Part shown: one piece after another, positions 53,371 through 64,000 of the stretch
Numbering within the stretch: position 1 is the stretch's first letter
How the letters are laid out: the number at the start of each line of letters is the position of its first letter
From: Octopus vulgaris
Lineage: Eukaryota
DNA: 64,000 nucleotides
NCBI GenBank assembly: GCA_951406725.2
Contig: OX597814.1
Coordinates: 176,080,001-176,144,000 of the forward strand
Reading direction: 5' to 3'
The notes under the pieces: model-generated
What the model saw: only the letters and a program-made list of their open reading frames with translations
What the model was told of the DNA's origin: nothing
Databases searched by the model: none
Translations under genes and position numbers: made by a program

Positions 53371-53569
53371 CTCTACACGTACAGAGTGATTTACCACTTT
53401 AAATGCTAGAAGTTTAGTACATATAATTGCTGATATATTTAGATTTAGCAATATTTATCTACTTAATAGATACAAAATACTGAATACTCTAACTATAACT
53501 AAAATAATGTAACCAAACACACATGTTAAAAATATGCACGCAAATTACTCTATGGAGTACGAATATTGA

Positions 53570-53748
53570 TTTCAAATTTTGGTACAAGGCCTACAGTTTC
53601 GGGGGAGAGAGCAAATCGATAACATTGACCGCAGTGCTCAACTGGTACTTGTTTTATCGACTCCGATAGGATGAAAGATAAAGTCGACGGATGAAATGCT
53701 GCAAAGCATTTTGTCCGGCGTGCTAAATATTCTTCAATGTCGCTGCCC
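53570..53748 (-). mobile_element. SINE family B variant, diverged
   Basis: ACTGGTACTTGTTTTATCGACTCCGATAGGATGAAAG core. Confidence 0.65.
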
Positions 53749-53795
53749 TATGATGTACAGATATTAATATTAATATTTATATTAATATTTATATA

Positions 53796-54165
53796 GGCAT
53801 AGGAGTGGCTGTGTGGTAAGTAGTTTGCTTACGGACCACATGGTTCCGGGTTTAGTCCCACTGCGTAGCACCTTGAGCAAGTGTCTTCTATTATGGCCTC
53901 AGGCCGACCAAAGCCTTGTAAGTGGATTTGGTAGACGAAAACTGAAAGAAGCCCGTCGTATATATGTTTGTGTGTCTGTGTTTGTCCCCCGAACATCGCT
54001 TGACAACCGATGCTAGTGTGTTTACGTCTCCGTAACTTAACGATTCGGCAAAAGATACCGATAGAATAAGTACTAGGCTTACAAAGAATAAGCCCTGGGG
54101 TCGATTTGCTCGACAAAAGGCGATGCTGCAGCATGGCCACACTCACATGACTGAAACAACTAAAG
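53796..54165 (+). mobile_element. SINE family A, full length
   Basis: Head and tail homology to the other family A copies. Confidence 0.9.
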
Positions 54166-55149
54166 AGAGTTGCCTCAGATAATGTGTTGTGTTTCGAATG
54201 CTAATTCAATCTTATTCCCAGCAAAAAATGTAATGAACATATCGCAAGCTTTTAAAAGCAGATTTTGACTAGAGCATATTTTTAGAATTTAAATGCACTG
54301 AGAAGCAATATAATCTACTCCATTAGATATCTAATCTAACATTCATGCATATATAAATATACACACATACATTCAATGCTGGATTGAGAATAACTGCAAT
54401 GGTGAAACGTACGTAGCAACTAACAATTTATACATGTCTATCTCGTGTGCTTGTATGTGTACGTGTATGTGTGTATAGAGGGACTCCATGTATGTATATC
54501 TGTGTGTGTGTGTGAGTGTGTACCTCGTTCACAGATATAGAAGCTGTTACCCAATTTGTAGAAGAGGTAGAACAAATACAGTTCAATAATGTAAAGAAAA
54601 CGTTTAAACGTCGCTATAACAGACCTCATATGGTATCAATTCTTTGTGAATTCCTAGTTTGTTGTTTTAAACCTATTAAAGTAAAGCTACATTTTCTATG
54701 GTAAAATACTGTTCTCTTCTCAAGAAAGAGTTCTATGGGAAACTGATTCGATAGGATGTCGGGCTACATACTAAACAATCTGCTGTTCATATTCTATCAA
54801 CTTCTTTTTCGTTGTTGTGACTGCAGTCAAGAAACTTAGATGTTAAGAAACCCAATCCACTCACTTATTTACACGTTGTTATTATTATTGTTGTTTTTAC
54901 TATGGTTGTTGATGATGATGACGTTGTTTTTGTTGTTGTTTGCTCATATGAGTTCTTATCCAGCAGACCTGTATCAGTCATCTTTTAACAAATATGATCA
55001 TATTGTGCAAAGATGTTGCTTTTTATTTAAAAAAAATTTTTTATAAATTTTTAAGATGGTTGGATGTGGCTTGAGAAAGATTCCGCAGATTGAGTGATTG
55101 TTAAAGAAGTTCCAGTAATAGTTTTATTTACTTATTTATGCGCCCTTTT

Positions 55150-55381
55150 CAAGCTTACCCAGGCTTCTCGATTTCTATGGCGTATGTGTTCTCCCCAGCT
55201 GGACGGGACGCCAGTCCATCGCAGCGTTACTCAAGAAACAGTTGTGGCGAAAGAGTACAACAGGGGTCGACACCACCTCCTGCTGGGGGTGTTTTCGTTG
55301 AATAAACACACACAACGCCTGGTCTGGGAATCGAAACCGCGAGTGAGTCCGCTGCCCTAGCCATTGGGCCATTGCGCCTCC
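55150..55381 (-). mobile_element. SINE family C (deleted), with a tail like the 9039 copy
   Basis: Minus strand GGAGGCGCAATGGCCCAATGGCTAGGGCAGCGGACTC...GCTGCGATGGACTGGCGTCCCGTCCAG. Confidence 0.75.
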
Positions 55382-56204
55382 AATCCAGCAATAGTATGGG
55401 AATGTTATCAATGTAATCAAGGGAGAATTGCACATAATTGCTGCTTGTTTTTTTTTTAAACTTGTAATTATGATCTCACATCTTTCTTTGAGTGTTGCAT
55501 GGAGACGGTTGCTGGGCTTCACTAGGCTGTCTTACTTAAATACACTACACAAAAGTCAAAACCTTTAAGCAATGCCTCTTACTAAAGTACATCCATCAAA
55601 ACACACATATACACACACACACATACACACTCTACGCTTTGACTCTAGCCAGTTGGAGACCTACTTTGCATACACAAACACGCGCACACACTCAGACACA
55701 CAAGAACCTACTCACAAACACGCACACATTTCCAACGACTTCAACAAAACGGAAAGTGTCGTGTCCTGACATTTTATTTCATCTAGCCAGCTGCGAATTC
55801 TGTCTATTTACCTGTCTATATACCTCCCTTTGCGTCTGCTTCTTTCTCTTTTTCCTTCTACATTTTCTCCCTCTCTTTACCGAGAATCAGTACATAATGG
55901 CTTTCAAATATACAGATTAAAAAAAAAACAACTATCAAAATAATAATAAAGAGAAAGAGAAGAAAACCATTTCAAATTAAAGCAAAGCAAATGAAACTAA
56001 CAGTTGCATCTTATCTGAACAGCTTCGTGTCATAATTAAATGTTATATTTTTCCATCTAATATAAAAAGCAATTTTTCAAAAGCCTCGCTTCGTCTTTGC
56101 ACAGCATTAAATCCAGCAGACATCTTGTATTCTGTTTATTATTAAAGTTCGCAACTGGTAGCAGAAGCGAGTAGAAAGGGAGGGATTTGAAATGACAATG
56201 GTGC

Positions 56205-56315
56205 TTGTGGTAGTGGTAGTAGTAGTAGGAGGAGGAGGAGGTGGTGGAGGAGAAGTAGCAGTAGCACCGGTGGTGGTGGTGGTTGGAAGCAGTAGCAGCA
56301 GCAGCAGTAGTAGTG

Positions 56316-56346
<31 letters not shown>

Positions 56347-56428
56347 CAGCAGCAGCAGCGGCTGCGGTAGTGGTAGTGGTGGTGGTGGTGGTGGTGGTGA
56401 TGGTGGTGGTTGTGATTGGAGAGAGCTC

Positions 56429-56460
<32 letters not shown>

Positions 56461-56552
56461 GCAGTAGCAACAGTAGCAGCAGCAACAGCAGCAGTAGTAG
56501 TAGTAGTAGTAGTAGTAGTAATAGTAGTAGTAGTAGTAGCGGCAGCAGCAGC
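56205..56552. repeat. (AGT/AGC/GGT)n trinucleotide microsatellite
   Basis: Seen directly. Confidence 0.95.
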
Positions 56553-56940
56553 TTTGTTCAGTGGTTGAATTGTCTTACCTCCTGGACAAAATCCCTGCCA
56601 CCATAGAAGCAACTGTCCGTTAAATCACCAAACGACAGTACTATTGTTACTTCGAGCAACGTAATGTTCTTGAACCCACGTCGTATCTGTTAAAGATTAG
56701 ATGGGCTGTTTGAGAGTTAAATGCCCTCGTTGTAGACACAATGAAATGGTCGATGACCTGAACTACTAAAACTTTGATCGGTTTTTCTGTTAGGTTTATT
56801 TATTTGTAGAAATATTAATATTTCTCAGTCTCTCTAAATGAGACTACGGTAGCGGTACTGGATATTAATAGTTATCGCCAAGCTAACATGGCAGTCCAGA
56901 AAAATAGGACGATATTAATATTTATAATGCAGCACGAAGC

Positions 56941-56991
56941 TTTGTCAGTGAGCAGGTCGCGGTCTCAAACCGACGAAAATATTTTGACAAA
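56941..56991 (+). ncRNA. Minimal type-I hammerhead ribozyme, G3-C8 core variant
   Basis: TTTGTCA-GTGAGCA-G-GTCG(cggtctcaaac)CGAC-GAAA-ATAT-TT-TGACAAA; perfect 7 bp stem I. Confidence 0.65.
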
Positions 56992-57249
56992 TTAAATTTA
57001 AATGTTGAAGTGAATCTAACGGTTTTGTGTGTTTCTTAAATGGCTTATAAACACCTTCCACGCTGCAATTGTTTTCGTTCCAGCACACAATCTCAGATCA
57101 AGTCACTCGCTAAGCAAGTACATCTCCGGAATATTTATAATATTTCTAATGTTTCTATTGTTGAAAACCAGTGGATGTATTCCACTGAATTTCAGCAAAT
57201 AATCCTTCGAACAGACGGTCAGTAGCGACGCCTGCTTGGTTCGGCTGCT

Positions 57250-57290
57250 CTACATTGATAAGGGGCAAATACCCTGAAACTAGTCTGTGG
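57250..57290 (+). ncRNA. Minimal type-I hammerhead ribozyme, U3-A8 core variant
   Basis: CTACA-TTGATAA-GGGG(caaata)CCCT-GAAA-CTAG-TC-TGTGG; GUC triplet, palindromic stem III. Confidence 0.65.
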
Positions 57291-59576
57291 GTGCCAGACC
57301 AGCAAGGGGAAGCTCCCCTGTTCGAAGGTTATAATGGACACATGTTCTTGTGTCACATAGCTAGCTAGAGGTAATGAACTCTTGGAGCTAATCAACAGCA
57401 GCATTCGTTTTATTTTTCTGGACTGCTATATTAGCTTGACGATAACTATTAATATATTTAGTTATTTAGCAGTTTATTTATTTTTTAATCTGCCGGCTCT
57501 GAGAGAAGGGCAGTGCTAAAGGCCGTCACAAACCCTCCTGGACCTGTGAGACTGTTGCCCTCTGCTACAAAGACGTGAACAGGAAAGAAATTGTAGGAAT
57601 CCTACGTTCTAGACAAGAAAACCTATGCTTAGTGGCATGTGCAGGAACTATATAGAGATTGAACGCAACAGAGATTATGTGAGCGTTGGAAAAGGCAGAG
57701 TGGGGAGCAGCACACTTGATTTCAAAATAGAAGGTAAATGAAAGAGGGAATCGTTTTGTGACAATAGAGAAATTTAGAGAGAACGTGATGGTTGCTGTTG
57801 TTCATTCCTGTGGAAACCTAATGAAACTTTTTCTTAAAGGCGTTTCAGCCAAGGTCATCAGGTTTCAGATATAGCGTATCAAAGACTACATTATACGTTT
57901 TATCTTTCAAGACGTTATGATGTGACTTGAGAGAAATTAGGCTACTATGTCTTGCATTTATAACGACCAGGTAACGACTTCTATCTGTCTGTCTGTTTCT
58001 CTCTCTCTCTCTCTCTCTCCCCGCTGTCTAGTGATGATAGTGTTGCTGCTGTTGTATAGAACCGTGATCGAACGAGCCTACGCTAAAAATTGTTCCAACC
58101 GTGATCATCCACTGGCTTTCCCACCCCAAAATAGTATATCTAGACGTACGCTTTCCAGACTAGCTAATTTTATGTCAAGTTATATTGTACTGAGGATCCC
58201 AGAACAAGGGTGAAATCGTGCTATATACTATTAACGGAAAGTTTAATAACGGTATTATATGGAAATAACGTATGCTCTTTTCACACTTTGATAATAATTT
58301 CACAGCACAGAAAAAAAGTAACTTAGAAACGATTTTCCTTCCTTAAGTAGAGCTCTTTCTCTCTATCCTCGCAAGTAGCAGTTCCCAGTGAGCTAACTAT
58401 GTATACACATACACACGCGCGCACATCCACATATTGTATTCTATTGTGTTGTATAGTCAAATGTTCCGGCTTACAAATTACGCACAAACTAGGAAGAACT
58501 CAATATCTAGAGAAGAGTAAATGTGCTATGAATTTCGCATCTCGATACATGGATTTTCATGCTCGAAGCGAAATATATGGAGGTGGTAGTTAATGAGAGC
58601 TCTGATATGGATGAATGGTATAATAGGAAACTCTCACTCAGTGTATGTGTGAGTGTGATTGTGCGTGTATATGTTGTGTGTGTGCGTGTGTGTATGTGTG
58701 TGAATAAATATCTATGTATATAGGTAGGTAGGTAAGTAAGTATATTTATTTATGTATGTATATGCACACATGCATAAATACACACGTGTTTGGAGGAATA
58801 TAGACTTATATATAGAATATAGACGTTCTAAAAATAATTAGCAACTATGCGAGGAAAGCGGAAAGCGTAGTAGTGTTACAGTTTGAACGTAGTTTGATAT
58901 GAAATGTTTTATAATAGTAGAGCTGCTGTTTACTTCGACAGTTTAGCCTTGAAAACATCTTTGATAGAAGTCGTGGATTTTTGTTTCACGACAATCCCTC
59001 CGTAGTTGCAGTCACTGTTTATTGTAATTACTTTTGTTGTTGTACTCGTATGTGATGCTGCTATCGTCGACGTCGACGTCGTCGTAAAGTGATAACGCAA
59101 TGAAAGTTATCACGATTAAAGCCTTGGATTATTTTTATTAGCCCAACCGATGTGGAAGCTGAGAGGAGCGTGTGACATTCCGATCACGATTAGCTGCGAG
59201 TTGTTGTTGTTCGTGACGAAAGAGGTAACGACGAGAAAGTAGGTGTATATCGACTGTTCTGACGACACGTTGTGTATATTGAGAAAACACTATTCAAATG
59301 AACAACACTATTAAAAGTGAAATACAATTAGATTATACTATTCTCTTTTGTAAATGTCAAATATAGATGATATATCAAGCTAATGCATAATATTACAGTA
59401 GTGTTAACGTCTCTACCTTATAGCATGGCATGGCTGGGTGTTTTAGAAGCGTGCTCCAGCCATGTGGTCTTGGATTCAATCTCACTGAGCGGCACCTTCG
59501 ACAACTGTCTTCTATGGCCCCGGGCTGATCAAAGCCTTGTGAGCGAATTTACCAGACGGAGTTTGATAGAGACCAG

Positions 59577-59642
<66 letters not shown>

Positions 59643-59736
59643 GGTTTAAGCAATTGAGATTCAAGTGAGTTCTAATAATACTTGAATTGTTCCACCTTTT
59701 TGCGTTGTTGCCTTTTTTGTTTTCTTGTTTGGATTA

Positions 59737-59783
<47 letters not shown>

Positions 59784-60489
59784 GAACAATTAAGGTTAAG
59801 AAAATGCTTGTTAAACACAGTATCGAAATTTTATTTCAGAGTAAGTCCTAGGTCATGTGTCTGCGGAGCACGTTCACTACTTATGGCTACCAGGCATCAT
59901 CAGTGATACTTAGCAAACATCGTTGTAATAATTCCAGGAATTCCAAGACAGGCCTTGGGTATATATTAAAGATAAAAAGAGAAGACGGAATTTACCATCA
60001 AAAACATTTATATTACAACAATTGTTTCATCTTCAATATACCCTGCTCCCTTGTGATCGTGGAACGATGCAATAACACCAAATGCAACGCACATTGCGTA
60101 GAAAAACTCTTCATGTGGGATAATAAGGTTTTTAGCTAGGTGATTTACGTTGTCTTAGTGTATAAGTGTACTTGTCTGCAGAAATGTGAGACTGTGGATA
60201 TCAATGTGCATTTGGATTTGTATGTCCTGTGGTGTGGGTGTGAAGGGGTGAGTGGAGGTGTGTGTAGGGGGAGTCTGTGAGCATTGCCTGAGGGTGTGAG
60301 TGTGCATGTGTAAGTGTGTCTGCTGGTCTACCTTTAGAGCAGTGCCGATGTGATCGTTGTATGTATCTGGGCGGGTGAAACTTTGTGCCCTGGGGGATGT
60401 ATTCGTGTGCGTAGGTGTATTTCTGTATCTGTGTATAGCTTTGCGCGAGTGTGATTCACTGACATACATGTGGTGTGTGCTGGCGTGTA

Positions 60490-60683
60490 CCCTAAAGCTC
60501 CACGAGGTTCCGGCAGGGGTTGGTGGTGACCCCACTTTCACCACAACTTTCTCTCACTCTTTCTTTCTGTTGTACCTGAATTTGTAGTGCCAGCTTTGTC
60601 ACTCTCTGTGTCACGCTGAATTCCCCGAGAACTACGTTAAGGGTACACGTGTCTGTGGAATGCTCAGCCACTTGCACGTCAAT
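60490..60683 (+). mobile_element. SINE family C internal fragment (12595-type tail)
   Basis: CCTAAAGCTCCACGAGG...GTGTCTGTGGAATGCTCAGCCACTTGCACG. Confidence 0.75.
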
Positions 60684-60769
60684 TATTATCTCCCTTTCTT
60701 TCAACCTCTTCTTTGAAACGTTCGCCATGCTTGACCGCTAAATCTATAAGTCTTTTTTTTTTCATTATC

Positions 60770-60890
60770 TGTGTATTTTCTCTTACTCCCTTCTGTTGAA
60801 GAGCGTAAGCTCGAAACGTAAAAGACTTTTTCACTTTCCCGAGAGTCAAACTAATACACCTGTTTGTTGTTCATACACATGTCTTCGTTT
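60770..60890 (+). mobile_element. PLE-type fragment with variant hammerhead-like motif
   Basis: CTT-CTGTTGA-A-GAGC(gtaa)GCTC-GAAA-CG-TA-AAAG at 60790-60824. Confidence 0.55.
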
Positions 60891-60959
60891 TTGTGTGTGT
60901 GTGCGCGCTCGTGAGTGTGTGTTTGTGTGTGTGCGCGCGCCCGAGTGTGTTTGTATACT

Positions 60960-61187
60960 TGTGTTTGTTTCTGTGTTTATACCCCCACATTCACTTGACA
61001 ACCGATGTTGGTGTGTTTACGTTCCTGTAACTTAGCGAATTCGACGAAAGTGATCGATAGAATAAGTACTGGGATTACAATGAATAAGTCCTGGGGTCGA
61101 TTTGTTCGACTAAATCCCTTAATATGGTGCTCCAGCATAGCTGCAGTCAAATGACTGAAACAAGTAAAAGAATATATATGTGTGTAG

Positions 61188-61220
<33 letters not shown>

Positions 61221-61435
61221 CATGTGTGTGTGTGTGCGTGTGTGTGTATGTATGTATGTATGTATGTATGTATGTATATAGGCTTCTTTTAGTTTCCGTG
61301 TACCAAATCCACTCACAAGGCTTTGATCAGTCTAAAGATATAGCAGAAGACACTTGTCAAGGTCCCACACAATGGGAATGAACCCAGAATGATGGGTTGG
61401 GAAGCGAACCTCTTACTACTCAGCTACACCTGTAC
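60960..61435. mobile_element. SINE family A tail (+, 60960-61172) and head (-, 61280-61435)
   Basis: Homology to the other family A copies. Confidence 0.75.
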
Positions 61436-61769
61436 TTATGTATGTGTGTGCGTGGGGGATGGGTGATTTCTCTGCTTTACTAACTTTTTTCTTAAAACTA
61501 ATAATTTTTTTCAATTCAAACTTTTTCACATAAACCTATTTTAAGTTGTTGCAGCTAATTTGAATCTTATGATTCAACACTCTCCATTGTCCGCTGATGA
61601 AAATTATGATGATGGTGATGATTATGATGGTAATAACGATGATGATGATGATGATGATGGTGACAACTAACTTTATTACTTCATAACATTCATTTATAGG
61701 AATTTTCAATCTATTGTCCAATATTCTCTATTAAATGATGATGAAGAGGAGAAAGAGAGTATGATGATA

Positions 61770-61801
<32 letters not shown>

Positions 61802-62059
61802 ACTGAAAACTTCTAATTCACTAACTCTAGTATTGTTTTCTCGCTAATTTATTTATTGATTGGTTATTGATTTTTATTTTTATTTTAGTTCTTTTCATTT
61901 TTCTCATTTCAATACGGCCATCTATTTTTTTCTGTTTTTGTCTTTTGCTTACTTTGTCTACATTACTTACTCCCCCCTCACACCGGTCTCTTCTCACCTT
62001 TTCTTAATAGTTGTCTCCTTTCAATGACCCTGACAGGTCTCTCTGTCTGTCTGTCTGTA

Positions 62060-62161
<102 letters not shown>

Positions 62162-62909
62162 TACACATTTTTATCTCAAGCAATTATCTCTTTACTTATC
62201 TTGAGGCCAATCATTTTAGTTACATCTTCAGTATTACAATTTGTTTTCGTTCCATGCATATTCTACATTCTTAAGCAATGCATAATGTTTCATAACTATT
62301 GATCAACCATTTCATTGACAATCCTTACAAATAACCACAAAGCTACTCCTATTTATTGCTTGCTGTGTTACAGATGTTTCTGCTGTATTTGTAACAAATG
62401 CCGTCAAATACGAAAGATGACTTTTAATTTTTTTTACACAGAGATAACACAGATACCTTATTTCTCCGACATAGTCGGGGTTCGATGTTAGTTGATCTCC
62501 TACTATTGTTCTCTTCATTTCTTTCATCGCAATTACTTTCGTTGAAAAAGAAGTGACACGGAACACAGCGATCTTTGATTTCCCATTAATTTGTTGTAGT
62601 ATCCCCCCACAAGCTCATAAAAGTTGACTAGATTTCAACTACTACTTTTGGTTGTTATTATTTTTTAGTGAGATGGCAGACTAGATCATTTTTTTTTGTA
62701 TGTGACTGCTATTGATTTTATCAGTACTCTATTCATCTGTCATGTTTCCAAACGAATAAAAACTGCAACTGATCTCGGTGGGATTTGAACTCAGAACGTA
62801 GCAAGACATAATTAGATACTGCGAGACTGACATTGTACTGATTATGCCGAGTTACCGCCTACTCTGTTATCTCATAAATAATAATGTATATAAAGTCCAT
62901 GATGTATAA

Positions 62910-62942
<33 letters not shown>

Positions 62943-63572
62943 CGTAAGGTAATAATATAATTGTTGGAAAAATTTAGTATCGAAATCAAGTCTAATTCTA
63001 TTTTGCAACAACGAAACAGTTTTTATTTCTTTTCTTTTCTTTATAAGACACAAGGAGGTCAGTATATGAGATCATAATCGATTGTATCGATCCAACAACA
63101 TCAGCATTACTTATTTTATCGTCTTTGATCGGATAATAAAAGTTAAAGATCGACTTTAGATGGATTTGAACTCTAAACATTAGAAAGGCCGAAACTAAAT
63201 ATATGTTATTCAATTCGCTGCCCTGCCATTCCTGTTAATTTGCGGCATTATAATACCATATAAAGTTGTCTAACTTTTGTCGACAGTTACACATTATGAG
63301 CGGGAAGGAGTTATTTTTCCATTGAAGTCAAGTATATATTTTATAGAAACTCCTACCTCCGAGCATAAATACAATGCAGATTTGGACTCGGAACATAAAA
63401 CGGCGGCAATTAAATACGACAATCTGACAGTGCAGACTAGACTATTCTTCTTATTTAAACGTGATATAACTAACTCTTAGTACTTTTATAATTCATGTAT
63501 ATAATGTAGTTCTGTTTATTTCTATTCAAACCTGTAAACTATCAAATCCACCTTTAATCTATAGAGAATATG

Positions 63573-63776
63573 AAGCGGCGAGCTGGCAAAACCATTAGTA
63601 CGTCCGGTAAGATGCTTAGCGGCATTTTGTTCGTCTCTACATTCTGAGTCCAAATTCCATCAAGGTTGACTTTGCCGTTATTCCTTCGAGTCGATAAAAT
63701 AAGTACCACTGGAGTCGATGCAATCAACTTACACAATACACCGAAATTGCTGGCCTTGTGCCAAAATTTGAAACGA
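63573..63776 (+). mobile_element. SINE family B variant with an alternative tail
   Basis: GCGGCGAGCTGGCAAAACC head, core, tail GCTGGCCTTGTGCCAAAATTTGAAA. Confidence 0.75.
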
Positions 63777-63780
63777 ATAT

Positions 63781-63927
63781 AGGAGTGGTTGTGTGGTAAG
63801 TAGCTTGCTTACCAACCAGATGGTTCCGGGTTCAGTCCCACTGCGTGGCACCTTGGGCAAGTGTCTTCTACTATAGCCTCGGGCCGACCAAAGCCTTGTG
63901 AGTAGATTTGGTGAAAGAAGCCTGTCG

Positions 63928-63959
<32 letters not shown>

Positions 63960-63967
63960 TGTGTGTA

Positions 63968-64000
<33 letters not shown>
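63781..64000 (+). mobile_element. SINE family A head (runs off window)
   Basis: GGAGTGGTTGTGTGGTAAGTAGCTTGCTTACCAACC...CTTGGGCAAGTGTC. Confidence 0.88.

Larger units (their letters stand above)
56812..57456 (+). mobile_element. PLE-type composite with terminal inverted segments (56862-56906 / 57411-57455) and two hammerheads
   Basis: Homology to 17440-17980; inverted ATATTAATAGTTATCG..AAGCTAA..GCAGTCCAGAAAAATA. Confidence 0.6.

Noticed and set aside
57500-57565. GC-rich hairpin, possible HDV-like ribozyme
   Set aside because: Could not assign the nested double pseudoknot by eye
62312-62566. 84 aa ORF as a possible host exon
   Set aside because: No recognisable domain or convincing splice context

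Overview
AT-rich eukaryotic, non-coding (intergenic or intronic) DNA with no recognisable host protein-coding exon. The tRNA-derived SINE families and the very dense microsatellites look like those of an octopus (cephalopod) genome; this is an inference from repeat content. Nearly all ORFs in the track are translations of microsatellites or SINEs. The window contains: (i) at least four SINE families; (ii) a Penelope-like element (PLE) remnant with a GIY-YIG endonuclease and inverted terminal repeats; (iii) R4/Dong-type restriction-like-endonuclease LINE remnants and non-autonomous elements sitting inside (TAA)n, (CATA)n and (GATA)n tracts; (iv) DNA-transposon derivatives (Helitron, a Tc1/mariner-superfamily fold-back element, MITEs); (v) a SINE-mediated 1.05 kb tandem duplication. 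The most striking feature is a set of minimal type-I hammerhead ribozyme motifs in PLE-type repeats. They include compensatory core variants (C3-G8, G3-C8, U3-A8) and a CUGUNGA variant family. Several long fold-back hairpins turn at or next to the ribozyme stem II. All calls are by eye; no database searches were run.
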